Shown here piece after piece: positions 50,663-64,000 of a stretch of DNA of 64,000 nucleotides. This DNA is from Octopus sinensis (Eukaryota). The notes under the pieces were generated by a model. The model ran no database searches and was not told where the DNA came from. It saw only the letters and a program-made list of their open reading frames with translations. Within the stretch, counting starts at the first letter, position 1. The number at the start of each line of letters is the position of its first letter. A program made the position numbers and the translations under genes. Where the stretch lies: positions 11,098,001-11,162,000 of the forward strand of contig NC_043009.1 in NCBI RefSeq assembly GCF_006345805.1. The letters are read 5' to 3'.

Positions 50663-50996
50663 CTTTCACTTCTTTCAGTCATTGGCCGGTGTCCATGCTG
50701 GAGCACCAGATTTAGTCGAACAAATCGAACCCAGGACTTATTCTTTGTAAGCCTAGTACTTATTCTATCGGACATAAACATACCAGCATCGATTATCAAG
50801 TGATGTTGGGGAGACAAACACAGACAGACACACATATACACACACGTACATATATATATACATATATAAGACGGGCTTCTTTCAGTTTCCGTCTAACAAA
50901 TCCACCCACAATTGCCCAAGGTGCCACGCAGTGGGACTGAACCCGGAACCCTGTGGTTCGTAAGCAAGCTACTTACCACACAGCCATTCCTACGCA
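50663..50996 (-). mobile_element. SINE family B with internal deletions
   Basis: Family B head and tail. Confidence 0.85.
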
Positions 50997-52084
50997 TATA
51001 CATATAAATATATACATATACATATATATACACATATAAATGTATGTGTGGTATGTGTATATATATATAGATAGCTACATGTATACTTATATACATATAA
51101 AATAAATATAGTATAAAATAAATGTATAAAATATATATATACATATTTGTGTGTATATATGTAAATATGTGTATATACGTGTGTGTATTATATTATATAT
51201 ACATAGTATATGTGTATATGTGTAATATATAATATAAATATATATATATATGTATATATATGTATATATATATATAATATGTAATCTATGTATAATATAT
51301 ATATATATTTATATGTATATATATATAAAAAAAATATATATCTATAGATATATATATAGATATGGCTTTTGTGTGTGTACATAAATATACAGATATACAT
51401 ATATGGTGATATTGCTATACATTCATTAGCATACCCATTGTCCCCGTTTAAAAATATTATACTTAATGATTAAACGTAAATGGTTTCCACTTAATTACTT
51501 TTCAAACCATTCATTTATAAAAAGAATTTTCAAAGCCCGAATATTTTAATTAGTGTAATGCTTTTGATGACAATATTAATAACACCGCAAAACTGAAGGT
51601 CACTTAAGTTGAGAGAATTTTAGAGAACTTATTTAAAACTTTATATTCGATATCGTACTTATTTAGTCAAGTGGAACTATGAAATCTAGTTGAGTATCTG
51701 TTATGTTGGGCAAGTGGAAAAGAATGTTCAGAGAACCGATCCAACTTTAGATTCTGTAATGGTCTTATTTAAGTCTCAACGGTTTACGCTAGATATTCAG
51801 TGAACTTCGTCACTGCTGCAGTGAAGTTCGTCTATGAAACTGGTGTTCTAACTGCCATTGAGGCATTGATTAAGCTGGATGTGGAAATTTACTGAAAGAC
51901 AGAACCGACCGATGCATTTACTGTTTCTTGATGGCGAACAGAAACTGAACGCCGTTGTCCTTTTGATGGATGTTTATAGAAATATCATATGGAGATTGGC
52001 GTTACAAGCATAAAATTTCGAGTAAATCATCTGGGACTCGTGTGTCGCAAAATAGTGTTCATTTTCATTAAAATTCTATGTAAC

Positions 52085-52249
52085 AGGCGCAGGAGTGGCG
52101 GTGTGGTAAGTAGCTTGCTTACCAACCACATTGTTCCGAGTTCAGTCCCACTGCGTGAAATCTTGGGCAAGTGTTTTCTACTATACAGCCTCGGGCCGAC
52201 CAAAGCCTTGTGAGTGGATTTGGTAGACAGAAAATGAAAGAAGCGTGTC

Positions 52250-52323
<74 letters not shown>

Positions 52324-52553
52324 GTGTGTGTGTATATTTTTGTCTGTGTTTTTCCCCCCAAAATCGCTTGACAACCGATGCTGGTGTGTTTACGTTCCCG
52401 TAACCTAGCGGTTCGGCAAATAGGGACCGATAGAATATGTACTAGGCTTACAAAGAATAAGTCCAGGGTCGATTTGTTCGACTAAAGGCGGTGCTCCAGC
52501 ATGGCTGCAGTCAAATGGCTGAAACAAGTAAAAGAGTAAAAAAAGTAAAAGAG
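52085..52553 (+). mobile_element. SINE family B, full length
   Basis: Family B head, internal (TA)n(TG)n, GTAAAA tail. Confidence 0.9.
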
Positions 52554-53224
52554 TGTAACAGCATTTAATTCTCTAAGGAGTACGGCCACTAGTCGGAGGA
52601 AGATTGGTGGAAATTAAGTTTATTTGAGATGGGGAAAATTCCAGTTATAGTTCATCAGCTGATACGCCAGGTGGCGACAATGTCATGGTATGAGCACGGA
52701 TTTCTTGAAAATGAGTTGGTCTCTTTGAACAGCACAGATCTTAGAAATATGAATATATTTCCATTCATCAAGTCTCATCTAAGCTATTCTGAGATTTTAC
52801 AAACCAAACTAGAGCACAGAGATAACCAAGTAATTCATCAAAGCATGGAAGCACATTTGCTACATTATAATCAGATAGAAAACTTATCGAAATGAGTCGA
52901 CATGATTATTAAACAATGAAATACAGGAATATGAGTGAATTGTATGACTAAATAGCCAATAAAATAGGAATAGATTCCAGGTAGATTATGCAGGAAGCTT
53001 AGATTCAAAAATTCATAGACAGGAATCCGTTTTGAGAGATTTCCAATGAGAGAGCAAGTTTTGGTGGTATTTGATTATTATCCTTATATTGTTTTTGAAA
53101 ACAGTCATATTAAATATTCTTAAATTAAATGGCCTTAATTTGTGTGATATTTCTGAGTCAGTCAATAACTGCACGAGGGTAATTATATTTTTATTTAAAC
53201 TTAAATTATATTAAATCTAAAAAG

Positions 53225-53267
<43 letters not shown>

Positions 53268-53268
<1 letters not shown>

Positions 53269-53505
53269 CGGAGATGTACTCGCATAGCAAGTAATTTGAT
53301 CTGAGATCGTGTGCTTGAAACGAAAACAATTGCAGCGTGGAAGGTGTTTATAAGCCATTTAAGAAACACACAAAAGCGTTCAATTTTGTTCAGTGAACAG
53401 GTCGCGGATTTTAGCGACGAAAATATTTGACAAATTAAACTTAAATCTTGAAGTGCTTTTGTGTGTTTCTTAAATGACTTATAAACACTTCCACGCTGCA
53501 ATTGT
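53268..53505. repeat. Foldback element: 52-bp inverted repeats (53326-53377 / 53455-53505) enclosing a hammerhead-like motif
   Basis: acaattgcagcgtggaaggtgtttataagcc... versus ...gacttataaacacttccacgctgcaattgt; (TA)n on both flanks. Confidence 0.85.
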
Positions 53506-55025
53506 ATATATATATTATATTTTATCTAGTTTCAGCTCACGAGCTGTGGCCATGCTGGGGCACCGCCATTCAAATATATATAACATTTTCTTTCTTGTCA
53601 CATACAGCATGAGTCCAGAAAAGCGAAATAAATATTTTTTAATATCAGGATTATGACCTAGTCTTAAATTTGATGACACACCTATTCCCCACTTCTTCCT
53701 TCTCTCTCTCTCTTACTTTCTCTTTCTTTCTTTCTCTCTCTCCCCCCTCTCTCTATCTCTCTCTCTCTACCTACGCGCAAACACGCCCGTGCGTATGGGC
53801 ATTTAAGACATTAATAAAAATGAGACTTTTACAACCGATTCCTACTGTGAGGTTACAGACACACCAACGCTTAGATTTCAGATTTTGGTACGTATCCCAT
53901 ATTAAAAGGAATATCCCATTTAATATGGCAAGATGTATATGTTTAACAGTTACGGGCTCAAGCAGAACTTTTAAAAGCAAAAATATCTACAACACTTAAA
54001 AAATCATTCTATAACAAAGGCGAAAGAGATAATCTGTAGAGCTTTTACAGAGATAATCAGTAGATTATCTGTACAGATGATACGCAGCTTATAGAGAAAC
54101 CATTACAATGAGCAGGAAGAGAAAGGCGGTCCCTATATAAACATTTTTCTGTTTTTTAGGAGCAAGAGCTCATAACGTCATACATTTGGTCAAATGATAT
54201 TTTCAAATTGCACCAATTTTACTCCAATCAGTAATTAAAGAATCACAAATTAACAGCCGAAGACACTCACTGAATATTAAAAGACTCTTAAACGAAAGCG
54301 GTATTCACATGAGAAGATTAAATATTCAGGTAAAAAAAAATGCTGTAATCTTCGTTGTGAGATGTGTGAATTAACTGAATAAAGTAAAACCAAAAGAGAA
54401 ATTGAAGGTTAATGAAAATATGAATTGAGAAGCAGCAACTCTCATTTACTGTTACATCACATACCCACAATTCAATGAGAATTATTTCAGGCAAATGGGA
54501 TCAAAATTAATACATCAGGTTGTATGTGCAACAATACAGAGGTTTATCTCTTAGTAATGTTCCATGTAGGGTAAATCTGAAAATTTGTGCTAACGGAAAA
54601 TTCAAAATATTACATTTTTCAAAACAAAAGCAGAAAATGATCAGCTACGAAAGGCAAGAGAGAAATACGAAGTCTGGAAGTCTAAATCTAAATACGGGTC
54701 GAAACCAGATATGTTCAACGTTGCTCCTCTACACCCGCCAACACACATAAAGAAAGAACTACGGATTACCTCATAACTTGTTTTTAGCACTTAACGCAAA
54801 ATATTCCGAAAGGTTAGTGTCATTCTGTTTTTAAGATTTTTATAAAATATAACAGTGAGTAACATTTTATTTTTGTTCTTTGTCTTTGGCCAGTAAGTAT
54901 CGTTTCCTATTTGCTTCTATCAAGAAATCAAAGGAAATGACAATTATTTTGTAACATGGACACTCAATGTTTTGAAACTGATCTATTTTCCATTACTTTA
55001 CTGACAGATTCGGATCTGAGTTGCT

Positions 55026-55190
55026 GAGGCAGAAATATCGTTGTAGCAAATATGTTGCTCAATACCAGAGATTTGCTTGTCAGTTACTTGACCTAACCAT
55101 TTCAACATATCCCTTAGTGGCTGACAATATGTGCATCTCTGATCATGAGCAGGCGTAATGGGGAAGCATCATAGCCTTGTGCTGGGAGCA
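55026..55190 (-). mobile_element. Family D fragment
   Basis: gctcaatacc..gatttgcttgtcag..cccttagtggctgac matches 26500-26640. Confidence 0.75.
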
Positions 55191-55911
55191 TATTTAAAGA
55201 AATGTCACAGAAGCAAGTTTTGAAGAAAATATTAGCAATTTTCATACTTTATTGGGGAAAGCGAATAGGAAATAACATTTGCTACCTAAGGACAAAAATC
55301 GTGTTACACACCGTAATTAATAATTCATTTATGTATTTGGTTTGCTGAATTCTGGTGTGAAAGTGTGAGTTGAAACAAATCTTGCTGTGTTTAGGGAGGG
55401 TCATTTTACCAACAAAATTAAAGTAAACACACGCACTGCTTCAATACCACTTCTTCCTTTTTACCAACTAAGTATTCAATGGTTTGTTTCCTGTGTTGAT
55501 TGAATAAGTAATCGGTTGTTGGTTTTCTCTGTCAGACCCCATTCGTTACTATTCGCCACCTGGTTTGAGTCTGTCTGAGAACAATTCTTATGCTTATGTG
55601 TGTATGTGTGTGTATGTGTGTGTGTGTATGTATGCGTATGTAGATGTTTGAGGGTTTACTTATGCGTGTGTGTGTGGTATAGTCTGTTGCTTTTGAATAG
55701 GAAAGCGCCTGTGTACAAGCGTGTGCGTATTCTTGTCTCCAATGGACTACAGCACACTCAAAAAACACATACACACACACAATAATACATACGCGCAAAC
55801 ATCACCATACGCACAAACGTACCTACCAGGCTAACTAGCTACCTACCTACATACCTACCTATCTACCTACGTACGTACCTGCCTACATACATACATACAT
55901 ACATACATACA

Positions 55912-55942
<31 letters not shown>

Positions 55943-56407
55943 GTACATACTTACATACATACATATATACATACATACTTACATGCATGCATACATACAT
56001 TGATAGGCATAATACTAGTTCACAGTAACCTTAAGAGAGTGGACATGTCGGTCAAGATGTGGTCACAGATGGTGGCGAAAAGACTCTGAGAGAGAAACCT
56101 AACAGGCGATTCATTGTTCGATCAACACATGAAACAAACTATTCGATGGTTAGTAAAATAGAGAAGTGAGATTGAACCAGTGCGTGTACTTATTTAAATT
56201 TTTTATTGGCATGATGACCCTCATTCGACACAACATAATTTATAGCTTTTAATCAAATCAAATGTTCTGACCCTAATTTTTCTAAAACCATTTTTAAATA
56301 CTTACCCACAAACATGCATACAAATATTCACACCTGCATACATACATACATACATACATACATACATACATACATACATACATACATACATACATACATA
56401 CATAAGA

Positions 56408-56586
56408 GTAGCTGTGTGGTAAGAAGCTTGATTTCCAATCACATGGTTCCAGGTTCTGTCCCACTGTGTGACACCTTGGGAAAGTGTCTTCTACTATAGC
56501 CTTGTGAGTGGACTCGGTAGACGGAAACTGTGTGTGCTTGTGTGTGTGTCTGTGTGTGTGTGTGTGTGTATGTGTGTGTTTGTGTG

Positions 56587-56626
<40 letters not shown>

Positions 56627-56775
56627 CTGTGTACTTGCTTGTTCCCCTGTCGTCACTTGAAAACCGATGCTGGTGTGCTTACGATTCGGAAAAAGGGACC
56701 GATAGAATAAGTACTAGGATTACAAAGAATAAGTCCCGGGGATCGATTTGTTCGACAAGAGGCAGAGCTCCAGCA
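56408..56775 (+). mobile_element. SINE family B with deletions
   Basis: Family B motifs. Confidence 0.82.
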
Positions 56776-57407
56776 GAAGTGTGATCATGTCGGTTCTTGA
56801 AGTGCGTCGTGTCAGAAGTTGACAAATTGTAGCTAGAGTGAGAAGGAAACCATTTTGAAGAAGCATCGCCAAACAGTGGTATGTGCATGTGAAACAACCA
56901 CTGCGAATGTCTGTGTGTATGTGTGCGCAAATATATGTGTGTTAAGTGTGTGTACGTTTGTGTGTGCATAAACCAAACTCACAAAATGATAGGTGAATGG
57001 AAATATGTGTGTGTGTATGTGTGTATGATGTGTGTATGAGGGTGCGCTTGTGGCAGCTGTGAGTGTGCGTATGGTAAATGTGTGTGTGTAAGTATAAAGG
57101 AGATGTGAACGGAGAATAGCTGAGGTGCGGCGAGTGTTTCTGAGGGCACGACTGCATGAAGGAAGGAAAGGTGGAAATCGAGAGCGGTTACAGAAGTGGA
57201 ACATTGAGGCTATACATATGCTCGCAAACACACACATGCACATACACACACATACATGCATGCATACCTAGACACGCCAAATTTATATGTATAAATACGC
57301 ATATATACACACATACACACATATATGTGTGTGTATGTGCATATATATGCATATAGATATATATATCTATATTCAATATATTTATAGTGAAAAATATTTA
57401 TGTAGCA

Positions 57408-57448
<41 letters not shown>

Positions 57449-57453
<5 letters not shown>

Positions 57454-57507
57454 GAGTAAAAAGTGCATAAAACTGCACCGATTACGAAATCACAGTGTGA
57501 TATGCGG
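57449..57507 (+). ncRNA. Degenerate type I hammerhead motif
   Basis: CAGAAGA-GTAA..TGCA-TAAAAC-TGCA..TTAC-GAAA-TCACA-G-TGTGA-TA; the 5' strand of stem I is replaced by (TA)n. Confidence 0.5.
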
Positions 57508-57757
57508 CTAAATTCTGTTTTTAAATGACCTGCTTCGAGATTGTTTCGGTACGTTGTGTTTATTTTTTTAGTAATTTTGACTTAAGGGTCCCTCCTAGCG
57601 TGAGGCATCTATGTGTAAGATCGCACTCTATATAACATAAAGAAATAAATTTAAAAGAAAGAACATTGAAGTTTTTTTTCTCTTCGATGTTTTTCACGCT
57701 AACTACTTGATAAATTCTTATGAAGATTTAATCCTATTTTTAAATTTGTATATATAC

Positions 57758-57856
<99 letters not shown>

Positions 57857-57860
57857 AGAG

Positions 57861-57922
<62 letters not shown>

Positions 57923-58459
57923 GGAGAGAGAGTGAGAGGAGAGACAGAGAGGAAGAGAGAGACGAATATATTCGTAGGTATAAATATAGTTGAGTAACCC
58001 AAGGCAGTGCGTATATATTTATGCCCTACCCTGCGTGCGCGCATTAAATCAGTATGAATTGGAAGAGATATCCAAATTACTTAGAATTTGCAAGTAGTTT
58101 AGAGATAGAAATGTACTTTTGTCTCGGTGGTATATCTTATTGCTTAAACAGACGGAATAAATCAAAGGTAGAAATTTGGCCTGTGCATGAAGTCTGCTGT
58201 GATTGATATGATTCATGTGAGTCTACACCTGAGGGGAAACTGTAGATCTGAATGGGTTTCAGAGAACTGGTACTGAGTTGATGAATGGTTTTGTCAGAGA
58301 GGATACAGAAACGGCGATGCAAATAGGACGAACTTGAGAGTTCGTCAGATCCAGCAATTTCGAAATATTAGTTCTTCGGAGGAGTACATGCCAAGTGCAC
58401 TTGATTTGAACAGAAACCGTGTGTTGAAACTAAAATGATTTATTGGTAAAATGATGGTA

Positions 58460-58549
58460 AACTTTTCGTCGCGCGAACGGCGACCTGGTCACTGACACTG
58501 TAGCGTATCTTTGTCCCTGACCAGGTCACATTTCGCTCAACGAAAAGTT
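58460..58549. repeat. 32-bp GC-rich inverted repeat containing hammerhead-like motifs
   Basis: aacttttcgtcgcgcgaacggcgacctggtca / tgaccaggtcacatttcgctcaacgaaaagtt. Confidence 0.7.
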
Positions 58550-59595
58550 GGACTTTATATAATAAATAATATGTGTTTTTGTGAAATTAACAGGTTTAGA
58601 AAATTTTCTGAGTGGTTAAGATGTATATTGCATGTTGCAATCTCAGTACTAGATGAATTAGCAGCACCTTGAAAATATACCATATTAGTCAGCCAGAGAT
58701 GATTGTGTTATGTTAGTGAGACTGTAACAATAATCCAGATGGTAGTCTTTTTAAGGAGCTCATTGTAATTTTTGTTTATTGTATCACCACCGTCTCCAGG
58801 TTGAGAACAACGGACCATAGTCATTTTACCTTGGTCTAGAACTGTCTAAGATTTACTGTCTATCAAGACTCACAATGAACATCATCAACAAATCGGAGTG
58901 TTTACTGACAGTCACACAAAAGCAATGCAAGTTTTGTGTAATTGTAATGGTGCCGTCAGTTATTATCTCTGTGTATTGTATGTCCTAGTATATGCATAGC
59001 GCTTTAAGCGTTTCAGTTGTGTTTTAATTTGGCTTCGACTAAAGATAATGATATACAAGCTGGTTTACATGATATGTGTTGTGAGTGTATGTGTAGTTTG
59101 TACTCATACTGCTGGGAGAATAAAACAAACATGTAGTCGAAAACGATACAAATTAAAAGATTTAATTGACTTTGAAATCTCGGTCATTTATTTCTAGAAA
59201 CTATCTTTTCTGTTAGTTTTTTTTTTTATTTTTATTTATTATCATTTATTTCTTTATATTGGTTTTGTCGATTTAAGGAACATGTTGTGGCAGGGAGAGA
59301 GGATTTTAAAATCAAATAATGCCAACCCACACGCCCTAAAAAGCTAATATAAAACCGCATAAAAGAATGTAATTTCTAGTTCATCTGCTTTCTATTCACT
59401 CAGTTTTCACTTAATGTAGTTTCCTTCAAATCTCTATAGTCGTAATTAGACCTAGCGGAAATTGTCTCTCTTCGTACTTTTTCGTTTTAATTGATTCATT
59501 TTCGTTACTTTCATCCTAAACACACACACACACACACACACACACACTATATTTCGACTTTTGCAAATATGTTTTCGACACTTACTCCCCAATTA

Positions 59596-60170
59596 ATATT
59601 TTTGGCACCACCACCACCATTACCAATACCACCACCACCTATAAAACACCTCACCCACCCGAATTACCATCACCACTGCCACCCGATACGCTTACACCAA
59701 CAACAACAACCAAACTACCATCGTAATCACTACCTCCACCACGCTCGCCATCACCATCACCAACATCAACACCAACTACACCTCGCCCTTGACCATTCCG
59801 ATCGCAGCCACTCGAAAAATAACTAACAATACCACTATCACCATCATCATCACCATCATCGACTCCTCAAAAACCATAACCATCAACACCCGCCTAATTT
59901 CCCCCGCCACCGCCATCAAAGCCTGTGACTATCAGTAAAACTATTACCACCACCATAATGACAGCTTCCAGCATTATTACTTTATCATTACATTTCGATT
60001 TCTATCACCACCATAACAATTGCTGCAACTATCATAATCCTCGCCGATAGCAAGGTAAACCAAATTCTAACACCATAACCATTAGTCTACAGTGCAACTC
60101 TGTTAGTCGCCACAGCTGATGCCACCAGCACCGTTTTCTATCCATCATCACCGCCAACAAAACATGTAGC
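59596..60170. repeat. Degenerate (CAC/CAT/CAA)n low-complexity tract
   Basis: Trinucleotide-rich, with stops in all long frames. Confidence 0.8.
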
Positions 60171-60708
60171 GAATGGATCACGTGATGACCTCATATCAAG
60201 TCGACAGACGTCGAGGGATTTATAAATTCTAATCAGGAATATGGATTTAAAAGATCTATAACGGGTCTATTGACTGTGATTCAATCAAAGTAGGATCTGG
60301 GAATTTCATTCTCTTCTCTTCATTGTTACATTCTTAGATATGATTAAAACACATTGAGAATGTTAAGTTACAACAAAATAATAATAACGATAATTTCAAA
60401 AGAAAATATAGAATTCTAAATCTAAATAATTTCTATGGCTGTACAAATGAGAAGGAACTAATCTTAATTCACTGTCTTTTAAAGAAGCGTTCGTGGTGAA
60501 ACTTGTTGAAATGGATTGCAAACTCTCAGAAGAGAAAACTGTTTTCCCCGGACAACAATTGTAGAATGAAACACATTTTTTTTCTCATCGCGAAACTATA
60601 AATATAAATAAAATAACATAAGACTCTCCAGTGACGGCGAAATAAATATAAACAAATGGAAATGATGTTTAAAATAATGGAATCTGTGTAAATCGGATAT
60701 ACATACAT

Positions 60709-60746
<38 letters not shown>

Positions 60747-62258
60747 CACACACACAGACACACACACACACACAAAGTTATTTGCTTAGCTTATGGAAAG
60801 CAAAAAGAAAACTGTCAATTACAGGTATCTATAGGTATATTCAATTGGGATATTTAATAATAAGCTTATTGGACAACACAATATCTATTTTAATATCCAA
60901 AATAAACAAAATAGTCAGTTCCGGAAGAAAGTTACTGAAATAACTACACATAGAGGCAGACAGATTAGTTCTGGTGATCGGTCAACTTCATTGTAGGTTG
61001 TTGTTAGAATAAATTGCATGAGAATACTGCAAAGGGGGCGGTTATGAAGCGATCTGTCCCAGTGATTTGAACCTCAATACTTGCAAATACTTAGTGATGC
61101 GTTCTCGCTATCGGTAGAGGAAGCACCAGCAATGTAATTACTATTTATCTTCTCGGCTTGTAAGGTACTAATGAAATCTTCTTGAAGATTATTCTTGGCG
61201 TATAATGGGTTCTTTCAGATAAAACTTTTCCAAGAAAATCTAAAATCAATAGACACGTCTTTGTGTGCAGAATAATGACTATTGCTCCCACCCTCTCCCT
61301 TTTCCTCTCTATGTCCGGGTGGACTGCAAGATCATCACATTGTCGGAAAAAAATGTCCTATGATAGCTTTTAAACCTTTTTCATTTTTAGTTCAAATCTA
61401 CCCACGACAAAATACTGGTGGCAGTGGGATGTAGGGGAACGTTATGTAATTTCTAACAGTTTTTCCCTCTGTTTCTTTTGTTTATAGATACATACATACA
61501 TACATACATACATACATAGTGGCTGCCCCCTCGTTATCGAGTATGGCCATTGCACGAACCTTAATCAATGTTGTTATCGCGCAATGCCTGTGCAAAAATT
61601 TTTTTTCAAAGTGAGGAAAGGCTGTGCACTGAATCAGTCTCACTCACTAAGCAACATCAGCCATACATACATACATACATACATACATACATACAAACAT
61701 ACATACATACATGCATATAACCATACATACGTATATATGCATGTGTTTATATTCGTATATCTACATATACGCACATAACATAGTAAATTGCATCTCAGAC
61801 AGTTGAGTATTATAATCTAACCTGCCGATAATAATCGATAAATTACTTGTCTTTGACAAATATAATCATTATATAATTGAAATAAAATATGAATATAGAT
61901 TTACCTCTGTATTAACTGAGACTACGCCAAAGACTACAGCAACAATGCTATTAACACCAAGTCTATTGAAATCAGTAGCTTGAAGGGAAATTATAAGCAG
62001 GTACAAATATCGGCTTTCCTCCTATTCTCAATAAAATAACTTTCAAAGGGAATCTCAGTGTTTAAAGCTGTACAGATAATATCTTACTGAAGTATGTACT
62101 TACTATGAGAAGTGAGTTTGAAAGCTGTCAAAGGTAAATGCTTTTGTTATGCTACAACAGAACAAGGTTTGACACTGCACGATACGCCGAGACCAGACTT
62201 ATTGAAGCAGGCACCGTTCTGATGCTGCAGCAACAACAACAATAATAATTTAAATAAT

Positions 62259-62611
62259 GTCCCACTGCGTGGCATCTTGGGCAAGTGTCTTCTGCTATAG
62301 CCCCGGGCCGACCAATGCCTTGTGAGTGGATTTGGTAGACGGAAACTGAAATAAAGCCTGTCGTATATATATATGTATATGTGTGTGGGGGGGGCAGTTG
62401 TGTCTGTGTTTGTCCCCCTAGCATTGCTTGACAACCGATGCTGGTGTGTTTACGTGCCCGTCACTTAGCGGTTCGGCAAAAGAGACCGATAGAATAAGTA
62501 CTGGGCTTACAAAGAATAAGTCCCGAGGTCGATTTGCTCGACTAAAGGCGGTGCTCCAGCATGGCCGCAGTGAAATGACTGAAACAAGTAAAAGAGTAAA
62601 AGAGTAAAGAG
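62259..62611 (+). mobile_element. SINE family B, 5'-truncated
   Basis: Family B body and tail. Confidence 0.88.
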
Positions 62612-63295
62612 TTATGATAATAATAATATTAACTAAAATACCAGCAATAACTACAACATCCAGCAACATGTTTTGGTCAAGATGGTAGGAAATTATAATT
62701 GATGAAAAATGTGCGTAGACATAAAACGCCATTCGGTTTATAACTAATTGACTGACTGTTAGACCACCCAGTAGGACTTTTTTTTTTCACAAACTTCAGA
62801 TAAAGTAGTGGTTTTGTTAATTAGCTGGACAGTTTGTGCAACTTTTGTCGACAGTACCACTAATTGTCAGAGGCATGAGTGTATTAATAATACATCTGCT
62901 GGCTGATGTATGTTACTATCCAATTTAGAACTAGTTTCACTATCCAAGAACTAGTTTCACTATTTTCATCTTAACAAACTCTTCTGCACTCTAAAATCCC
63001 TGACTATCATTAACTACCCAATTATTGTCAACCCTTAAGATTTGACTCAATATTTGATGAGATTAAAAGCTTTTGGTTACTCCGATTCACTCATATGCTT
63101 GTAGGACTTGAATCTCTGATGATATTTCATGCTTCGCACATATCTAAACAATCATTTAAAAGGTCACCCAAAGGCTATGCTCGATGTCCAGGAAATGCTT
63201 TATCTTTACGGTGAAGTGCATTTTATGTTCTTAAGAGAACTCGGGTTAACTATTTGGCATTGTGCACCTCTTCACACACATATTATTTTATTCAT

Positions 63296-63482
63296 TTATT
63301 TGTCTCATTCATTTGACTGCGGCCATGCTGGAGCACCGCGTTTAGTCGAGCAAATCGACCCCTGGACTTATTATTTGTAAGCCTAGCACTTATTCTATCG
63401 GGTTCTCTTGCCGAACCGCTAGGTGACGGGGACGTAAACACACCAGCATCGGTTGTCAAGCGATGTTGGCGGGACAAACGCA

Positions 63483-63545
<63 letters not shown>

Positions 63546-63692
63546 GACGGGTTTCTTTCAGTTTCCGTCTACCAAATCCACTCACAAGGCTTTAGTCTGC
63601 CCGAGGCTATAGTGAAAGACACTTACCCAAGTTGTCATGCAGTGGGAGTGTACCCGGAACCATGTGGTTGGTAAGCAAGCTACCTACCACAT
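63296..63692 (-). mobile_element. SINE family B
   Basis: Family B body and head. Confidence 0.88.
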
Positions 63693-64000
63693 TCCTTTAG
63701 AAATGCCTCATACTGCTCATTGGCAAAGGTTTGGTCACGAACACTTTACCGAATCTGGCCCACAAATCTGCCGTTACTTATAGCTTTACCAGGCAACTTG
63801 GCATCTGTTGCTTCGTAGAATTTCTAATATCTCAAAAGGAAAACGGAGTTTATACGCTTTAGAATATTATTGACGTATATACTTACGTTTCTTTATATTC
63901 TGCTCACAGGTTTCACCGGAATAGAGTTTTGCATTTCATTATTTCAGAATTAATCAAAATACGAGCCAGCTACACACCCCACATCAACATAAGCGTGTTC

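Noticed and set aside
52629-52895. 88-aa ORF and the similar 58137-58322 ORF
   Set aside because: No recognisable homology; lengths are within chance expectation.
59491-59826. His/Pro/Gln-rich ORF
   Set aside because: Part of a trinucleotide low-complexity tract, with no splice or domain support.
60185-60230. GTGATGA-CCTC..GAGG hammerhead candidate
   Set aside because: G3/G8 mismatch and GATT instead of GAAA.
1042-63674. Most listed ORFs (YI, LSIY, CV, HT, MYV runs)
   Set aside because: They are translations of microsatellites or SINE bodies, with no coding signal.

Overview
AT-rich, microsatellite-saturated animal DNA. Internal TTAGGG tracts and several very abundant tRNA-derived SINE families suggest an octopus (coleoid cephalopod) genome, which is an inference. 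No intact host gene could be supported, so the window looks intronic or intergenic. It holds decayed transposons: a Penelope-like element (PLE) with RT and GIY-YIG, two R4/Dong-type LINE ends, an RTE LINE, an ORF1-only L1/Tx1-like element, mariner, Tc1, piggyBac, three Merlin-like MITEs and a Helentron-type element. At least five SINE-like families are present. The main signal is about a dozen type I hammerhead ribozyme (HHR) motifs. Best case: at 43886-44800 a highly structured ~490-nt unit is tandemly repeated and then folded back, with two near-identical full-core hammerheads on opposite strands, i.e. a retrozyme-like or non-autonomous PLE-type element. There are also a tRNA-headed SINE with an internal hammerhead, candidate G3-C8 covariant hammerheads, and several foldback palindromes built on hammerhead remnants. 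All alignments and folds were done by eye; element boundaries are approximate unless a TSD or TIR is quoted.
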